DNA of 64,000 nt from Bigelowiella natans CCMP2755 (taxonomy: Eukaryota; Protista; Cercozoa), in the NCBI GenBank assembly GCA_000320545.1, contig ADNK01000094.1:42545-106544 (forward strand). The letters are read 5' to 3'. This document shows positions 27,026 through 40,478 of the stretch, in pieces (position 1 is the stretch's first letter; each line of letters begins with the position of its first letter). Under the pieces are notes generated by a model. It was not told the DNA's origin. It was given only the letters and a program-made list of their open reading frames with translations, and ran no database searches. The translations under genes were made by a program, and so were the position numbers.

Positions 27026-29331
27026 TGCAATGCAACACAGAGAAGAAACGATGAGAGGAATTATATATAGTGTCTTAAGAATCAATCGATGAAGCTGTCA
27101 TCAATGCATTTAGTAATTCGTTACGACAACGACGCCCGACAATGATGTGCCTCCTTCTCCTCCTCCTCCTCCTCCTCCTCCCCCTCCTTCCATGTACCTT
27201 AGGCTTTCTTCTTTTCTCCTTCGATTGGGATCGCCATCTCCAAACACGTAGCTAAACACAGACTCCAAGAACCCCATTCGTTCTCCTTCTCCATACTGAG
27301 AAATAGTCAAATTCGTGTTATTTTCCTTGAATCGTAAGTCATCAGTATCATCGACAATCTACTTGCATATATACATGTGTGTGTGCGTCTCTTTATTTGG
27401 TGCTGTCATCGATGGCAGCTTTTATCAATGCAGTGAAGTACGTAAGATATGCAACGACATCATGTTGGGGCATTTCCCTTCTTCTTCTTGTTCTTCTTTC
27501 TCTTCCTTGTAGTCAGTCATACTACCGGGGCATAATAGCCATAAGGCCGATACGAAAAAGCATTGAATATATTTCCAAACGGATTGAAGTCGATAAAGAC
27601 GGATGGGCCTCTTTGGTCATAGTAGCCGCCATTGGTATAAGAGCTAAAGCCACTACTTCCTCCGAAGCCACGATCCCCCCCTCTCCTTTTTTAAGATAAT
27701 AACACACACTCACACGTCTACACGATGCTCACAATACCGAACAACAACAACAACAACATCAGCCAGCCAACACATGTGATAAAGGCTCTCAGCTCACTAC
27801 TATTAGGTACGTATTCTCACCATTTACTGTGATTTGGTGCGTGTGACAAAGAGCAGCTACCTGGTGCTCCTTCCATCATCATCAGAGGAGGAGGATGAAG
27901 ATAATATCACCCCTATTGCTCCGTAGACAACAGCTAGAGACACGAATATAGCTGATATATGTAGGCACACAACAACAAGGTTATCCCTATTTCAGCAGTT
28001 CTCCAATGGATGTGTTTGCAGCCAGCTTCGACATGGTTATTGTGATCAATACTAAGACTATTCGTTGAATTAATGGGTTCACTCACCAACGCCGAAGCTT
28101 ATTTTCGTGAGATAAAACAGTACTGGCCTTTCAATATTAATGATAACAATAATAAATGTGACCGACACTTCATTAGGGTGAGAGGATTTCTACTGGACGA
28201 AGGGGTCAAATTAAACCCCGCTATCACAAATAAACGACTAATCTTCTTCCTCCGACGATAGTAGCCTAGAGACGAGCAGAGGACTAATGGACAAAACACT
28301 GACCATACGGCTTGGAAAGCGTCTCTTGCTCTGAGGCCAACTGATCGTGATGCTAAACTTGTTCGCACATTGGGACCAAACTCGTAAACAATATCACCTT
28401 CTTTGGATACCTATCAGGAATTGTCAACCACGGTTGCGGCTTCGGAATATTTCTTCTCTTGACACTTATCTCCTCCTCTCCCTCGACCATCGTTTCAGAA
28501 CAATTTTGTACGCATACAGTGTCACAACAGGGGTGTGCCGCATACGACTAGCAGCAACATTGTCATAGTCATTAGTAGCGATGTACGTATTCAGCAGCTA
28601 GCCTAGCGAAGCCAATATTCCAATACTACCTCCAGATTTCCATCTGTGTAAGATGCTAGTAAGTTTAAGTCCCTGGTGGCATCGGATAGCTGTTATATAA
28701 ATAAGCTTTTATTGAGTCTTTCAACCAACTTCAGAAGAAACAGCAACAGCAGATCAATCCTGCTCGTTCTCTAATAATAACGAATATTTTCATCTTTACC
28801 TTGATGCCAGCTGATCTGGCAACATCACTGGCTGTTACCCTGCCGTTCTCTGTCAGATACAACAAGACCGCTGATAAGACAAGATGTGGTCGCCAATAGG
28901 GCTTTATTCGGAGAATCAAACTAGACTAACCACCTTTCGAGTCCACAGCTGCAATAACGCTTTCGCGGGGTAAATCAAACGTTCGCTAATCGCATAACAT
29001 CGACATAAAAAATCAAGGAACAAAAGAATGAGGAGGAGGAGGAATGTTGGTACTCCACCTTTGCAAACTTCTCAATACGGTCAGATGCAGCTGAGTGCAC
29101 AGTGAGACCTCGGGTAGAAGAAGAAGAAGAAGAAGAAGAAGAAGAAGGAGACGGTCTGCTGAATCGAGGAGGGTGGTTATACGCACTAATCCTTTTCTCC
29201 CCCGCGCGTCGAAAGAGAGTGAGTGACGCCGGGACTCCTTCTCTCCTCAGGGTGCTGGCTTTGATGAGAGAAGAACCGTCGGTCGGAGTGCAAAGCAGGG
29301 CCAGGATGCGTATTGCTATAGCTGAAAGCAT
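24416..29331 (-). CDS. Homolog of Arabidopsis At5g03900-type conserved plastid/cyanobacterial membrane protein, with bipartite-like leader
   Basis: GRVTASDVARSAG; MGFLESVFSYVFGDGDPN; GVVTAEQLAPLL..DESFVLDVLVALNGAPEV; FSLASDTNKFLSGALGVINLVGA; RNKDIEARN; KIGYSTSRDLDEQ. The N-terminus MLSAIAIRILALLCT is followed by an S/R-rich transit-like segment. Confidence 0.85.
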
Positions 29332-29440
29332 AGCGAACGGAAATCAGGGTGTGATTTTGCGAAGGATTTCGTCTTTTCGTCGTTTTTGAGGTGAATTATC
29401 TGGTGGGGGGGGGGGGCGGCGGGTCGTCGGGTGGATCTCT

Positions 29441-29481
29441 CTTCGGTTCGGTTCTGTTCTGTTCGGTTCTGTTCCGTTCGG
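29441..29481. repeat. Pentamer repeat (GTTCG/GTTCT)n in divergent intergenic region
   Basis: ttcggttcggttctgttctgttcggttctgttccgttcgg. Confidence 0.85.
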
Positions 29482-29840
29482 CTTGCGTTGATGATGAGTA
29501 TCCAAAAAATCAGCATTATCGCTAACCAAGATTGCACGGGAAACATCGATATAATTACTCGTGCGACATGAATACAGCCTTGTCGCAGGACGAAGATGAC
29601 AGGTGTTTGTTTGTGGAAGCTTTGATCCGATAACTGTGGGACTGCGACAGACGACCGAGGTGACAGAACTGCTCGTATACGGAGTGCATTATTCATCAGA
29701 TCGCTCGCACCTAATACTCCGCTGTGCTTAGTAGCTCTCCCTGTAGAGAGAGGGAGAGAGAGAAATAGAGAGATAAAAAAAAAAAAAAGGAATAGGAAGA
29801 AAGGAAGAAAGGAAGGAAGGAAGGAGCACCTCGGAGTCTT

Positions 29841-30608
29841 ATGGCGTCAAGAGTGGCACGTCGTCTTGTTGATTCAGGTGCTTTTGCCAGCAGCCCTTAT
29901 CATCATCATCATCATCACCATCATCGTCGTCGCGGATATTACGTCTACCTTCGTACTGAAATTATTGCAAATCAGGCAAGCTTCTCCATTCATGGCTGCT
30001 GCACGTAACCGCCCCTCAGGATCCCGTCTCGTACTCTGCATATCGTCGGTGTCCATATAGTCGCAGATTTACCCCTTTCGATCAAATGTAGGAGAGGGAG
30101 GCAGCGGGGGAAAGAGTAGTGGAAGGGATGAGGATGAAATCGCCAGAATTCTTCGATTACTGACGGGTTGATTGGATGTTTTTAGTCTTTTCTCAGCTTG
30201 AATCACGTATTTCCTCTGAATTCGATGGGCTTTCTCAACACAGAGTAATACTACCTATCATGCTATCCACCATCCCGTTTTCAGATTTGAATGTTAAATT
30301 TTCCTATCGTGCACACGTAGAAGATATCTCCGAAATTTGTCGAAGCAATGGAAGAATATGAAAGATCGATCAAGAGATGCCTGCAGGTAAATCGCCACAA
30401 TATGTCCAGGCTTCTGTCACCAACACCCCAGCCAGAAAGGTAAACAATACTGTAGTATAACTGTTTTGGGATCTTCGATTCAATAAGGGGCCCTAAAGCA
30501 TGAATTTCTAATGATGTTACATGTCGATTGTGGTAAACACAAAACAGAGGATTTTTTGGAGCTCAAGAGGAGGAGCAAATTGCCCTCAAGGAACGTAAGT
30601 TACCAATG

Positions 30609-30689
<81 letters not shown>

Positions 30690-31445
30690 AACACACACAC
30701 ATACGTACAACTTAAAGACATAGAATCTCTGTCGTCGTTTAACTCTATTACGATATGTATGGTAGGTGTGACGCCAGTACAGTACTATGGATCCTTTCTG
30801 GGAGGTGCCTACGGGTACTAGAACCACAGCCAACGCAACGCCTGCTTAACCATATAAATATAGTACAAGAGGATGATAGCGCGGAAGAAAATAGACAAGT
30901 ATTAAGGGATTCAAATCGTAAGACTAGGCATCTCTCTCCTTCAACGGCTTGTTCGATAGACACAGCAGCCTTTAAATTGTGATTTGTAATTGCACGTCAC
31001 AGAGTCTTGATTCGGTGATGGTGTTGTTGTTGTGGTTGGCCATGGAAAGATCAAATGATAGCCTCATGAGCCACGTTGCAAAGGTAGGATAGTAGAGCAA
31101 GATTCTCCGGAAATGATAAGAGAGTGTTATCCCAGCATCGATCGTCTAAACACAAATGAAAATATGTCGGTATGCTGCACTATCGAAAGGACTGGTCAAC
31201 CATGCGACCCGAGGCATGGACACGAGCTCATCAGAGGATCATAGAGCGGCTCGAGAAAAGCCTGAGAGACGAAGATAAGTCTCCATTAGAACCCAATGAA
31301 TCTCCAGTAAGCAGCTGAATGCTAACGGAAACATGCTACCCAATTTATCCAATGAGAGGAGCACATAACCATAATTTGAAAAATGCTTCTTCTTCTTCTT
31401 CTTCTTCTTCTTCTTCTTCTACTGCTGCTGCTGCTGCTGCTGCTG

Positions 31446-31491
<46 letters not shown>

Positions 31492-32076
31492 CCTACCTCG
31501 ATAAATACACCTGTTGGTAACGATCTATCTAGTCGATCTTAGTTCCTGGATGTGGGGTCGGTCGATTGGTACTATCACCATCATTTAGTAGTAGTAGTAG
31601 TAGTAGTGGAGTATTAACAGGCCTGCTTATGAGGATGGTGATGATGATGATGGTGATGATGATGATGCTAGTCAAAAAGCAAAGAAGGCACTGACGTTGT
31701 GGTTCCTTTTGCCATCGTCAACGGCAGCATCATGAGCAAGTTTTCCACTACATGACGTATTGCTTTAGAGACCCATAATATCAGAAGCTACTGCACTACT
31801 TACAGCGTTTATCTATTCAAAATTTGTGCTACCGTGTTGTTTCGGCCGCCTTGCATCCGATTGATTCATTCTTCCAAGAATAATGACATCTGCTGCTATC
31901 AATCATCGCTAGGTTTTTGATATTGGAGAAGCTCTGAGCACCGACGGTATGTATTCCCCTCCTCTCAGTAGAACACATAGTAGAAGTGAGATGATGTGGA
32001 GGGGGGGGAGGGGGGGGCAGTCGTGATCAGTAGTAATAGCAGATGTATGTTTACTAGATATGCAAAGTCGATCTGT

Positions 32077-32115
<39 letters not shown>

Positions 32116-32307
32116 ATATCTCTCATCCTAAGGCGAAGAGTCTTTCAATGAATGGAAAGAACAAGACGAAGATGACGTTGGAGTAAATTCATATCTGGAA
32201 GGTAGTGCTGCCGCTGACGATGTTGTTGCTTGTTGGTGGGGTACAAGAGCTATTACAATACGATATTGTTTGGTGAAGTAGAAACAGTAATAGCGGCAGT
32301 AGTAGTG

Positions 32308-32341
<34 letters not shown>

Positions 32342-32430
32342 GTGTAGCAGCAGTAGGAGTAGTTAGTAGTGGTAGCAATGATTCATTTTCCATAGCACCC
32401 AATGGCTGCTATCACTGATGGATTTATGTC

Positions 32431-32461
<31 letters not shown>

Positions 32462-33741
32462 CCCATCAACAAATCAAACGGTATCTATGCTTGGCTACTA
32501 CTACCACTACTACAAAGGAAATAGCAAAGCGACGAACGAAGGTGATGGCTGAAGAAGAGGAAGAAAAATGAATGCAGTGTAGTTGTGTAGGAGCTTTCTT
32601 TGAGCTGTGGTTTTGTCGTTCCTTCGCACCTTCATTCAGGGGTAGCGGTGTTCGTCCATGGAACAGAATCATCGATGGCATGTTTGCGGTATAAAACTAT
32701 GGTTAAAATTGTAACTATAATAATAATAATAATAATAATAATGATAGAAATTATAAAAATGCAGCCTATTTTCGGTGCCAATATATACAATCCACTATTA
32801 CGAAACTCATCAATTACTCAGGGTAATTGACAAATTATTCAACACGGAATGGAGGGGGGAAGCAGGGAATGGAGACTTTGATGAAGAACAAGATTTCAGC
32901 ATTTACCCTTTTATAGGTCATACAAAAGAAGATGACGTGGAGGGAGGGAGGGAGGGGGGTTATAGATATTTTTGTTGTCAGTGCGGTATTGTCGTTTTTG
33001 ACGTCAGCTAACTATGATACGATGATGATGATGATCATCACGCAGGTGATAAGAAAAACAATTACACCCGCGACTCAAGACTCGCTGAAGCCACGGTTCT
33101 AAATGCAGGATTAGTTGTAGTATAAGTTGTAGTAGTGTAGTAGTAGTGACATTAAGAAAATAAGAATGGCTGCTGTAGTAGCAGTAGTGGTAGTTGTTGT
33201 TGTTGTTGTAGTGGTAGTTGTAGAAATAATAATGAAATGTTAATTGGGGATTAGTTGTGCAAAACACTTTCTATGAAGCTGTTTTTGTCTCTCTTAATAT
33301 ATGAATTCAATGTGACACATCCATCCATCCTATGCTAGCATAGAAACTGGCCATTAAAAGGCCTGATTTGGCGGTTCTCCATGCATTTATTCAAGCATGC
33401 AGGGAAATGAAAGAACGATATTTGTCTATTTTGTTACTGCTACCATTCACTCCTCAGGGGCCTTCTCCAATTCCGAGGAGGCAGTTGGGATTGGGGAGGG
33501 CAGATATTTCATTTTCTGCCATGTCTCTTGCTGAAATGGATCGACAACCGGTGGGTGGGATACCATCATCATGGGCTATGATCATGATAACTACGCACAA
33601 TGACGACGACAATAACAACAATAACAACAACAACAACAACAACAACAACAGCAATAACTACAGCGACCTCGTTTTTCGTTAGAGCATTTGTCTATTTGGA
33701 AGTGGGTGGACCATATAATTGCTATGGAGATTTTTTAAAGC

Positions 33742-33779
<38 letters not shown>

Positions 33780-34571
33780 AGTTATATCACATACTAATAT
33801 ATTTTTCGCATAGGAACAAGACGCAGTGGTTACTTGCTTCTATCTTGATTGCCACCGCTCGCCACTCGAGGCCATAGAGCTGATTTACCAATCATTGCGT
33901 CCTGGGGGAGTGTGGATTAACCTTGGGCCCCTCTCGTAATAATATATTATGATAGTGGATATTTCCTTTTGTGCAGTCTCTGAAACAATGAACTAAAAAC
34001 TCATGCTTATGTAAAATATCGACACTCTGGAACAATGGCGTGTTTACTGATGCTCGATGTTTTTGGCATTTGATTTAATGGTAACGTTTTCCCAACCGGT
34101 TTGGTATGCTAGGTATCATCACCCTGATGGCTTAGCGCCAACGTCGAAGGAGCTCTCAATTGCGGTCATTTCAAAGCCGCCTTCGTTACTGCTGTTGCTT
34201 GCTATTGTCGACATCATAAATTCGATTCTGATGATTTTCATTTATTGGAAAACACGCATGCATCCAGGAAAACGTATGCAGTTAGAGCTCTGTTTGTTTG
34301 TTTTTTCTCATGGTCAAGCCGGAGTCTGTTACCGATATTATCGTGTGTCTATTAAATTAGATTGAAGAGAAAGGTTTTGTCCTTGATGAAGATGGTATAA
34401 CGTCCTGGGAAGAAGACCTTCCTTATTACATCAGGCCGAAAGCGACCTTAAAAGAGCAAGTAACACTATAATCTCCTTGAGATGTAATCGTCACCTGTTT
34501 GACATCCTTATTTATTCATTGCAATTCGTTTAGGTTTGGCGTCCAATTTTCTTCGTTGCTCGTCGAAAATA
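29841..34571 (+). CDS. Carnosine N-methyltransferase (CARNMT1/N2227)-like SAM-dependent methyltransferase, divergent
   Basis: VPGCGVGRL (motif I); DAVVTCFYLDCHRSPLEAIELIYQSLRPGGVWINLGPL; IEEKGFVL; VWRPIFFVARRK*. Compare CARNMT1 VPGAGLGRL, TCFFID and LKPGGIWINLGPL. Confidence 0.8.
30613..30683. repeat. Compound microsatellite (CT)n(GT)n, intronic
   Basis: Read directly from sequence. Confidence 0.95.
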
Positions 34572-34579
34572 GATTTTAT

Positions 34580-35600
34580 CGCGTTGCAAACGCATGATAC
34601 AATGCAATCGTTGATGTGTATGCATGCTTATGTAAGCTAAAATACACATTATTAACAGGCGCGCCACACCAGTTCGACTTGACGCTGTCATTTCAAAAAC
34701 ATTGTTACTGAGCGATGAGAATAACTCACTCGCAACGCCAGCCCGCCAGCCCGCAGCTAGCCACTACATCATCGCTGTTATGTCACCCAACAACTGCGCT
34801 AAGTAATATCCGATGTGTTGATCTGTAAGTATTACTGATAATCAGTACTACTGATAACCATTGCTTAGACAGTTACGTTTGTCCCCTTTCCTCGTACGCT
34901 AGTACGTACAACGAGTGTTTGCTGTCCTGTCTTGCTCAATTAATGCTAGAATGGTGCGGCTTAGAGAGAGCTCTATCACCGTTTAGCTGTACGTCTAGCT
35001 GTGCCAAATGATGAAATGAAATAGACGGAACAGGTCGTCATGCACGCATCTCTGGATCTAGACATGTCTAGATGTGGGCCAGAATTGCTAGTAGATTGAC
35101 TGTACTCGCCAAATATATTGTCGATCACATCGATCAGTGGACAACGCCCTTGCCACGCGTGCAATTATTGCATCACATATATGCGTGCGCGTTAATAGTT
35201 GCCGCAAATGTATCACGTCGTCGCTGTGCAGTAACTCTAAAACTGCACGAAATGCAGTGTCAGCATCATGTACGTGATTGAACTCAACCCCTTTTTTTCC
35301 AACGGTAATCCTGATCTAGTGATGTAGCTGTGCAAAGCTGCGTCTATCGCTGGCGATGTTGTATTTGTTTGTTTCTGCTGTGATGTCATTCATGTTGCAA
35401 ATGTTTTGTGTGGTGCCATCTAGCCATGCGCGCGATTGCGTCCGCGACTCGCTGTGCACATGTTCATTTTACGCGCGCGTGCGTGTGTCGCATGCCAAAA
35501 TCTTACAAATAATTATGCATTGCGTGAATTACATGCAACGCCATAGAAAATAAAGTGGAAACAACTCGACATGTGTTTTTTAATGGATCGTTTGACCAAA
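34580..35600. other. TG/CA-rich intergenic island 5 (convergent junction)
   Basis: gcatg/atgca-rich; perfect palindrome tctagacatgtctaga at about 35057-35072. Confidence 0.6.
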
Positions 35601-35718
35601 TATGATCCGTTCATTATGCGGACACTGTAGTATCTGATACAAAGGAATGCCTAGATAGATGAAATGCTAGAAGATTGAACACCTTCGCCACCTCTTTCTT
35701 CCTATGTCGTTTTGCTTA

Positions 35719-36986
35719 CTACATGTGCTGGCATTGTACTCCTCCCTGCCCATCTTCTTCGTCGTCTTCATCATAGCTACTACCTCCACCTGCTGCTGCT
35801 GCAGGTGTTTTCTTCGGCTTTCCTACAACCTATATTGAACATCATTAAAAAATTAAATAATCAGGGTACCAACACCGCATTTACGTTGCTATGTCCCCTC
35901 TCTTATATTGTTAATCACCTTCTCCATATGGACGACTTCCTCTTCCAATTCTCTGGGCTGAAATAATGACCATATATTTTGTTATTGTTGGGGTACTTGG
36001 CTATGGCACAGCAGCGTATATATCTAATAACGTTGAAATACATTCATAGCATGCACCAGATGACTGCTAGTACGTACTTCTTCGCCCTCATCTGCATCAA
36101 GCTCAGCTGCTTGTTTCTCTGCCGCTTTGGCCTAGAAACAACGACAACAACAACAATAACAACAATGCTATCATCAGCCACTCCTCCACTAGAACAAAGA
36201 GATGATGGGTATAAAGATTAAAACTACACCACAAGCAACATTGATTACATAGATAACAAACGACTACAACGATGACAACATCATTGTCAAGTAGTAACTA
36301 TGAACACAATAAGCAAAGACCACATATTGTCCGCGTAACAAAACTCACCGCTTTCTCCGCCTTCTTCCGGTTTTTCCTGTGCTCGATTTTGAGGCAGTTT
36401 TCAGGTACAGCCACTTTCTTACCTGAGGCAGCCAGCTCAACGTACCATCGACCTTGATTTGCCGACTCAGAAATAATGCGTCCTGTTTTGCCATTGAATT
36501 GCGTGCTACCCAGATTCACCTAGGGGGAGGGGGGGGATGGGGGGGGGGGAAGGAGGAGCAATACATGAGACGAAGAGAGAAAGGAAATATGCTGTGAGGA
36601 TAATCCAGCAAGCAAGTAACTCTATCGAATAGTGAGGACAGCAACTTGTAATATGATTGTTGCTTCGTTAGAGTAATGGAAGATTCCCCTCAAGTAGTTA
36701 TTGTTCTTGTTCTTATTCTATTTGTACTCGTCGTTTCGTTGGGTATGTTCAAACAGGGATTACCAGCTTGACGTGCACACCCATTCCAAGAGTTAGTTTG
36801 ACTTCTTCCTCCTGAGCAGTAAGTATGATGATTAAGTGGTAGTAGTACCATAATGTGGGTGGCGCCAACAGCTATGGCACGCACCACTCACTAACTCATA
36901 TTGGTTGGAACACACACGCGCACACACGCACACGCACACACACACACGCACACGCACACGCACACACACACACGCACACACACACA

Positions 36987-37020
<34 letters not shown>

Positions 37021-37117
37021 GACCTACCTACCTTAGGGAATTCTAACTTATCCAGGATCTTTAGAATCGACTTGCGTTCTTCGTCAGGGAACTTGCCTTC
37101 CACAGGAAAGAGAACCT

Positions 37118-37154
<37 letters not shown>

Positions 37155-37237
37155 GAGGAGGAGGAGGAGGAGGAGGAGGAGGAGGAGAGAAGGGCCGAAG
37201 AGGGAAATCAGCATTACACACACACACACACACATAT

Positions 37238-37277
<40 letters not shown>

Positions 37278-37353
37278 CAAGCTGTGTGTGAGTTCGATAT
37301 TCTAATTTATTTTCTTTTTGATACACATCCTATTCATGACAGGAGAGAATTCA

Positions 37354-37385
<32 letters not shown>

Positions 37386-40300
37386 CCTCAAATCGGATGA
37401 GAAGGTTTCCTGTGACATCATAGGCACCTGTAGAAGTAATAGTAGTAATGGTGCTAAGGGCTACAGTGATTGTAGATCATGATGATGATGATGATGATGA
37501 TGATGAAAAAAGGTGGCAGTGGGATAAAGTGTCTACTACTACTACAACTACTACCAGCAGTGCTGCCACTACGTCTATCGTGTCGTCGTAGTCGTGATCT
37601 ATCTACTACTACAAATATTAGTACAATAGTACCCTTCTGTGGGAGACCCCAACCAGTGATTCTTTTTAAGGCTCCAGGGGTGATTACCTAACAAGTTATT
37701 ATTGTTCTTGATAAAGCTGCTGCAGAACACAATTATCACTACTACTACTACTAGTAGTAGTAAAAAGAAGAGATGTGGTAGCAGCATTCACTACCAAAAA
37801 CTTGATTAACGACTAAACGCAGACATTATTATGCATCTTTTGGACATCACCATCTGCGTATTTGTATGTGTGTGTGTGTGTGTGTGTGTGGACACCTCTC
37901 CAGGTTTCGACTTGACGGTAAGAACAGTACCGGAAGGATGATTGATTTTGAACTCAAATCCACACAGAGCCTATGTGTGTGTGCATTCGAGGGAGTGTTC
38001 GTTGGATGTTTGTGCAGCACGTGTGTTAAAAAGCGAGGGCAAAATATGCGAATTCTAACCAGGGGTGTGTGAAAAATAGGATATACTCTTCACATGGACA
38101 AAGTCAACGATTTATATATCTTCAAAAGTACAACAATTCTTACCGCCTTATCGATCTATCCATTCCTCACCGTCTTCACCATTACCACTGCTACTACTAC
38201 TAGTTACTATTAAGACCTCTTTCAGGGTAATTTGTTTTTTGTATGCCAGATCGGCACCAATCCGATTGAAATTGGGATCCTAAGCAGCACCAAAATAATA
38301 TTACTGTCATCATTATTATTGTTACTCTCATATAATTATCCCCGTTATTATTGTGAATCGTATTCGCAGCAGTGGAAAGTAGCTCATACGAGAAGACAAA
38401 GGAGATAGTGCTGCTTACTACCTTGGCGACACGGAGATTGATAATCACATCCCCCGGCTCCATTCCTGGTAGGCTGTGTCCGTCTCCGGAAAGTTTTACC
38501 TAACATTAATCATCAGATCGATCAACAAACAATTCACGGGCACGAGAGAATTTGATCGAAGAGTTTGAGAGGAAGATACATTACCACCATATTATTATCA
38601 TAAGTATGGGCATAAGCATGAGCATGAGCACCTTATCTCCTGTCTTAGATCCTTTCGGGATAAGGGCTTCCTTGGTTATGGAGACCTGAGAGAGGTAGGT
38701 ATACCATCATTATCATCATCATTATCATCGCCATCATTATCAACTAATATGAAGAGGGGCAGCACTAACTAATACTCATCAATTCTGCTACATGAAGGGC
38801 ATTGGGAGAGGCCGACGACGACGACGATGATGATGATTGTGATAATAAGGCGAAGAAAGATCATTGTAGCTGTTGAGACTCTTGATTAGCACGACTAACT
38901 GAACGACTTCCTACCGTTTTTTCGTCCTCATATGAAGTTCCCCTACCTTGGCAGACAGGACATTTCTGCTGAGCCTTTTTAAGAAGGAAGAGTGTTTGAA
39001 TATTGATGGTGGGGCTGGATCAGAGAGAACAAACAGCAGCTTACGCATGCTTCTACTGCTGCTACCTGCATAACCATGCCTGGCCCCATCTGCACAAGAC
39101 GGACAGTCGTTCCTTGGCCTGTAATTTTGACAACGATCGAAAAAGACGAAGATAACAATAATCGCAATAATCTTTTTGATGGATTACAGCGTAATAGTAA
39201 TGGGTGGTGGAAACGACGTGTGCATACCGCGACACTCCGAACAAACAGTCTTCTTCGTAGCTTGCCGAATCTGTAACGCGGAAGAAGATATTTAGACGAT
39301 TGGCCGACAATATATTAATTGCAATGATCATACGATTGGTTATTAACTGCTGCTGTTATCTCGTGCGTTCATGGCGATAATGAAGATAGTATCGGCAGAG
39401 GCAAAAATGACAAAAAAGACCAAAGTGACGACAAAATACCTCGAAGCTCATAGGTTTCTTTGCTCCTTTCCACACCTAAAACATATTTTATTTGCTGCAT
39501 AAGCATGATTGTCCATAGATATGCTATGGATTGCATAAACTTTGAATATCAATAAATCAATAAATTCATTTGATTGCTGTTCATTCGTTTGCTTGGAAAA
39601 TTATTTCTCTTTTCTGGCTGTTCTTACATCGGTGAGAGTAAGATCGACTGACAGCGTAATATTTTCTGGACGAGGCGCCCTACGACGACCTGTCACACCA
39701 AATAGAAGATTGTTAGGGATACGGAATATATCTGATAAGAAAGCACAGTGGTTTGATGAATATATTACTCATGCGACCCCCTCCTGATCCGGCACGCTCA
39801 ACGCCCTTCAGTCCCATCCTATGGTCGAAAATATATCACTAATCATAATACAATTTCGAAGAGGGGACATCAAGTTACCCATTACCACGCCCTGTTTTCA
39901 CCATCATGACTAATATTCCAAAATCCAGCATGTTGTTTATTGACCCCTTTCCTTCCGCCACACACCCCAAATCTAACTTGTTGCTATATGTATTCGGTAG
40001 GCATACCTATCATATATCTTTCGCTTCTCTTCATCGCCGAGAATTTCATGAGCTTTCTGAATTTCCCTTGTAAACAAAGCAAAACATTTAGAATATTTTC
40101 GGCAATCCTCAAAGCGATTAATCTTGTACTTGAATTTCTCTTCGTCTCCTCCTCGATCGGGATGGTGAACTCTACGATAAGTGAAAATTTCTTTTCAGGC
40201 CTAGTAATTTAGTGACAAAAGTTCGATTTCAGACCTTGCGAGTTTGAAATAAGCTTTCCGGATCTCTGATTTTGACGCATCCTTTGAAACTCCAAGAACG

Positions 40301-40478
40301 TCGTCTGTAGGTAGAAAAATAGATTACCATTATCTTGATTTAATTTTAAATCTTTCTTTGAGAGATATTAGGTTAACTTACACATCTTTTGGGTATCTGC
40401 CTCCTCTTCGTCCATATCACCACCCATACCGGGCATACCACCGAATGGCATTCCTCCAAAGAAGCCGCCGCGAAACAT
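35719..40478 (-). CDS. DNAJA/Ydj1-type Hsp40 J-protein with C-terminal CaaX
   Basis: DVLGVSKDASKSEIRKAYFKLAR|VHHPDRGGDEEKFK|EIQKAHEILGDEEKRKIYDR; CSECRGQG..QMGPGMVMQ..CPVCQGRG; GHSLPGMEPGDVII; LCGFEFKINHPSG; VITPGALKRITGWGLP; ends YDEDDEEDGQGGVQCQHM*. Confidence 0.92.
36909..37020. repeat. Long interrupted (CA)n/(CACG) microsatellite, intronic
   Basis: Read directly from sequence. Confidence 0.95.

Noticed and set aside
36832-37305. ORFs of CVCV/HTHT/poly-L
   Set aside because: Intronic microsatellites in the DnaJ gene.
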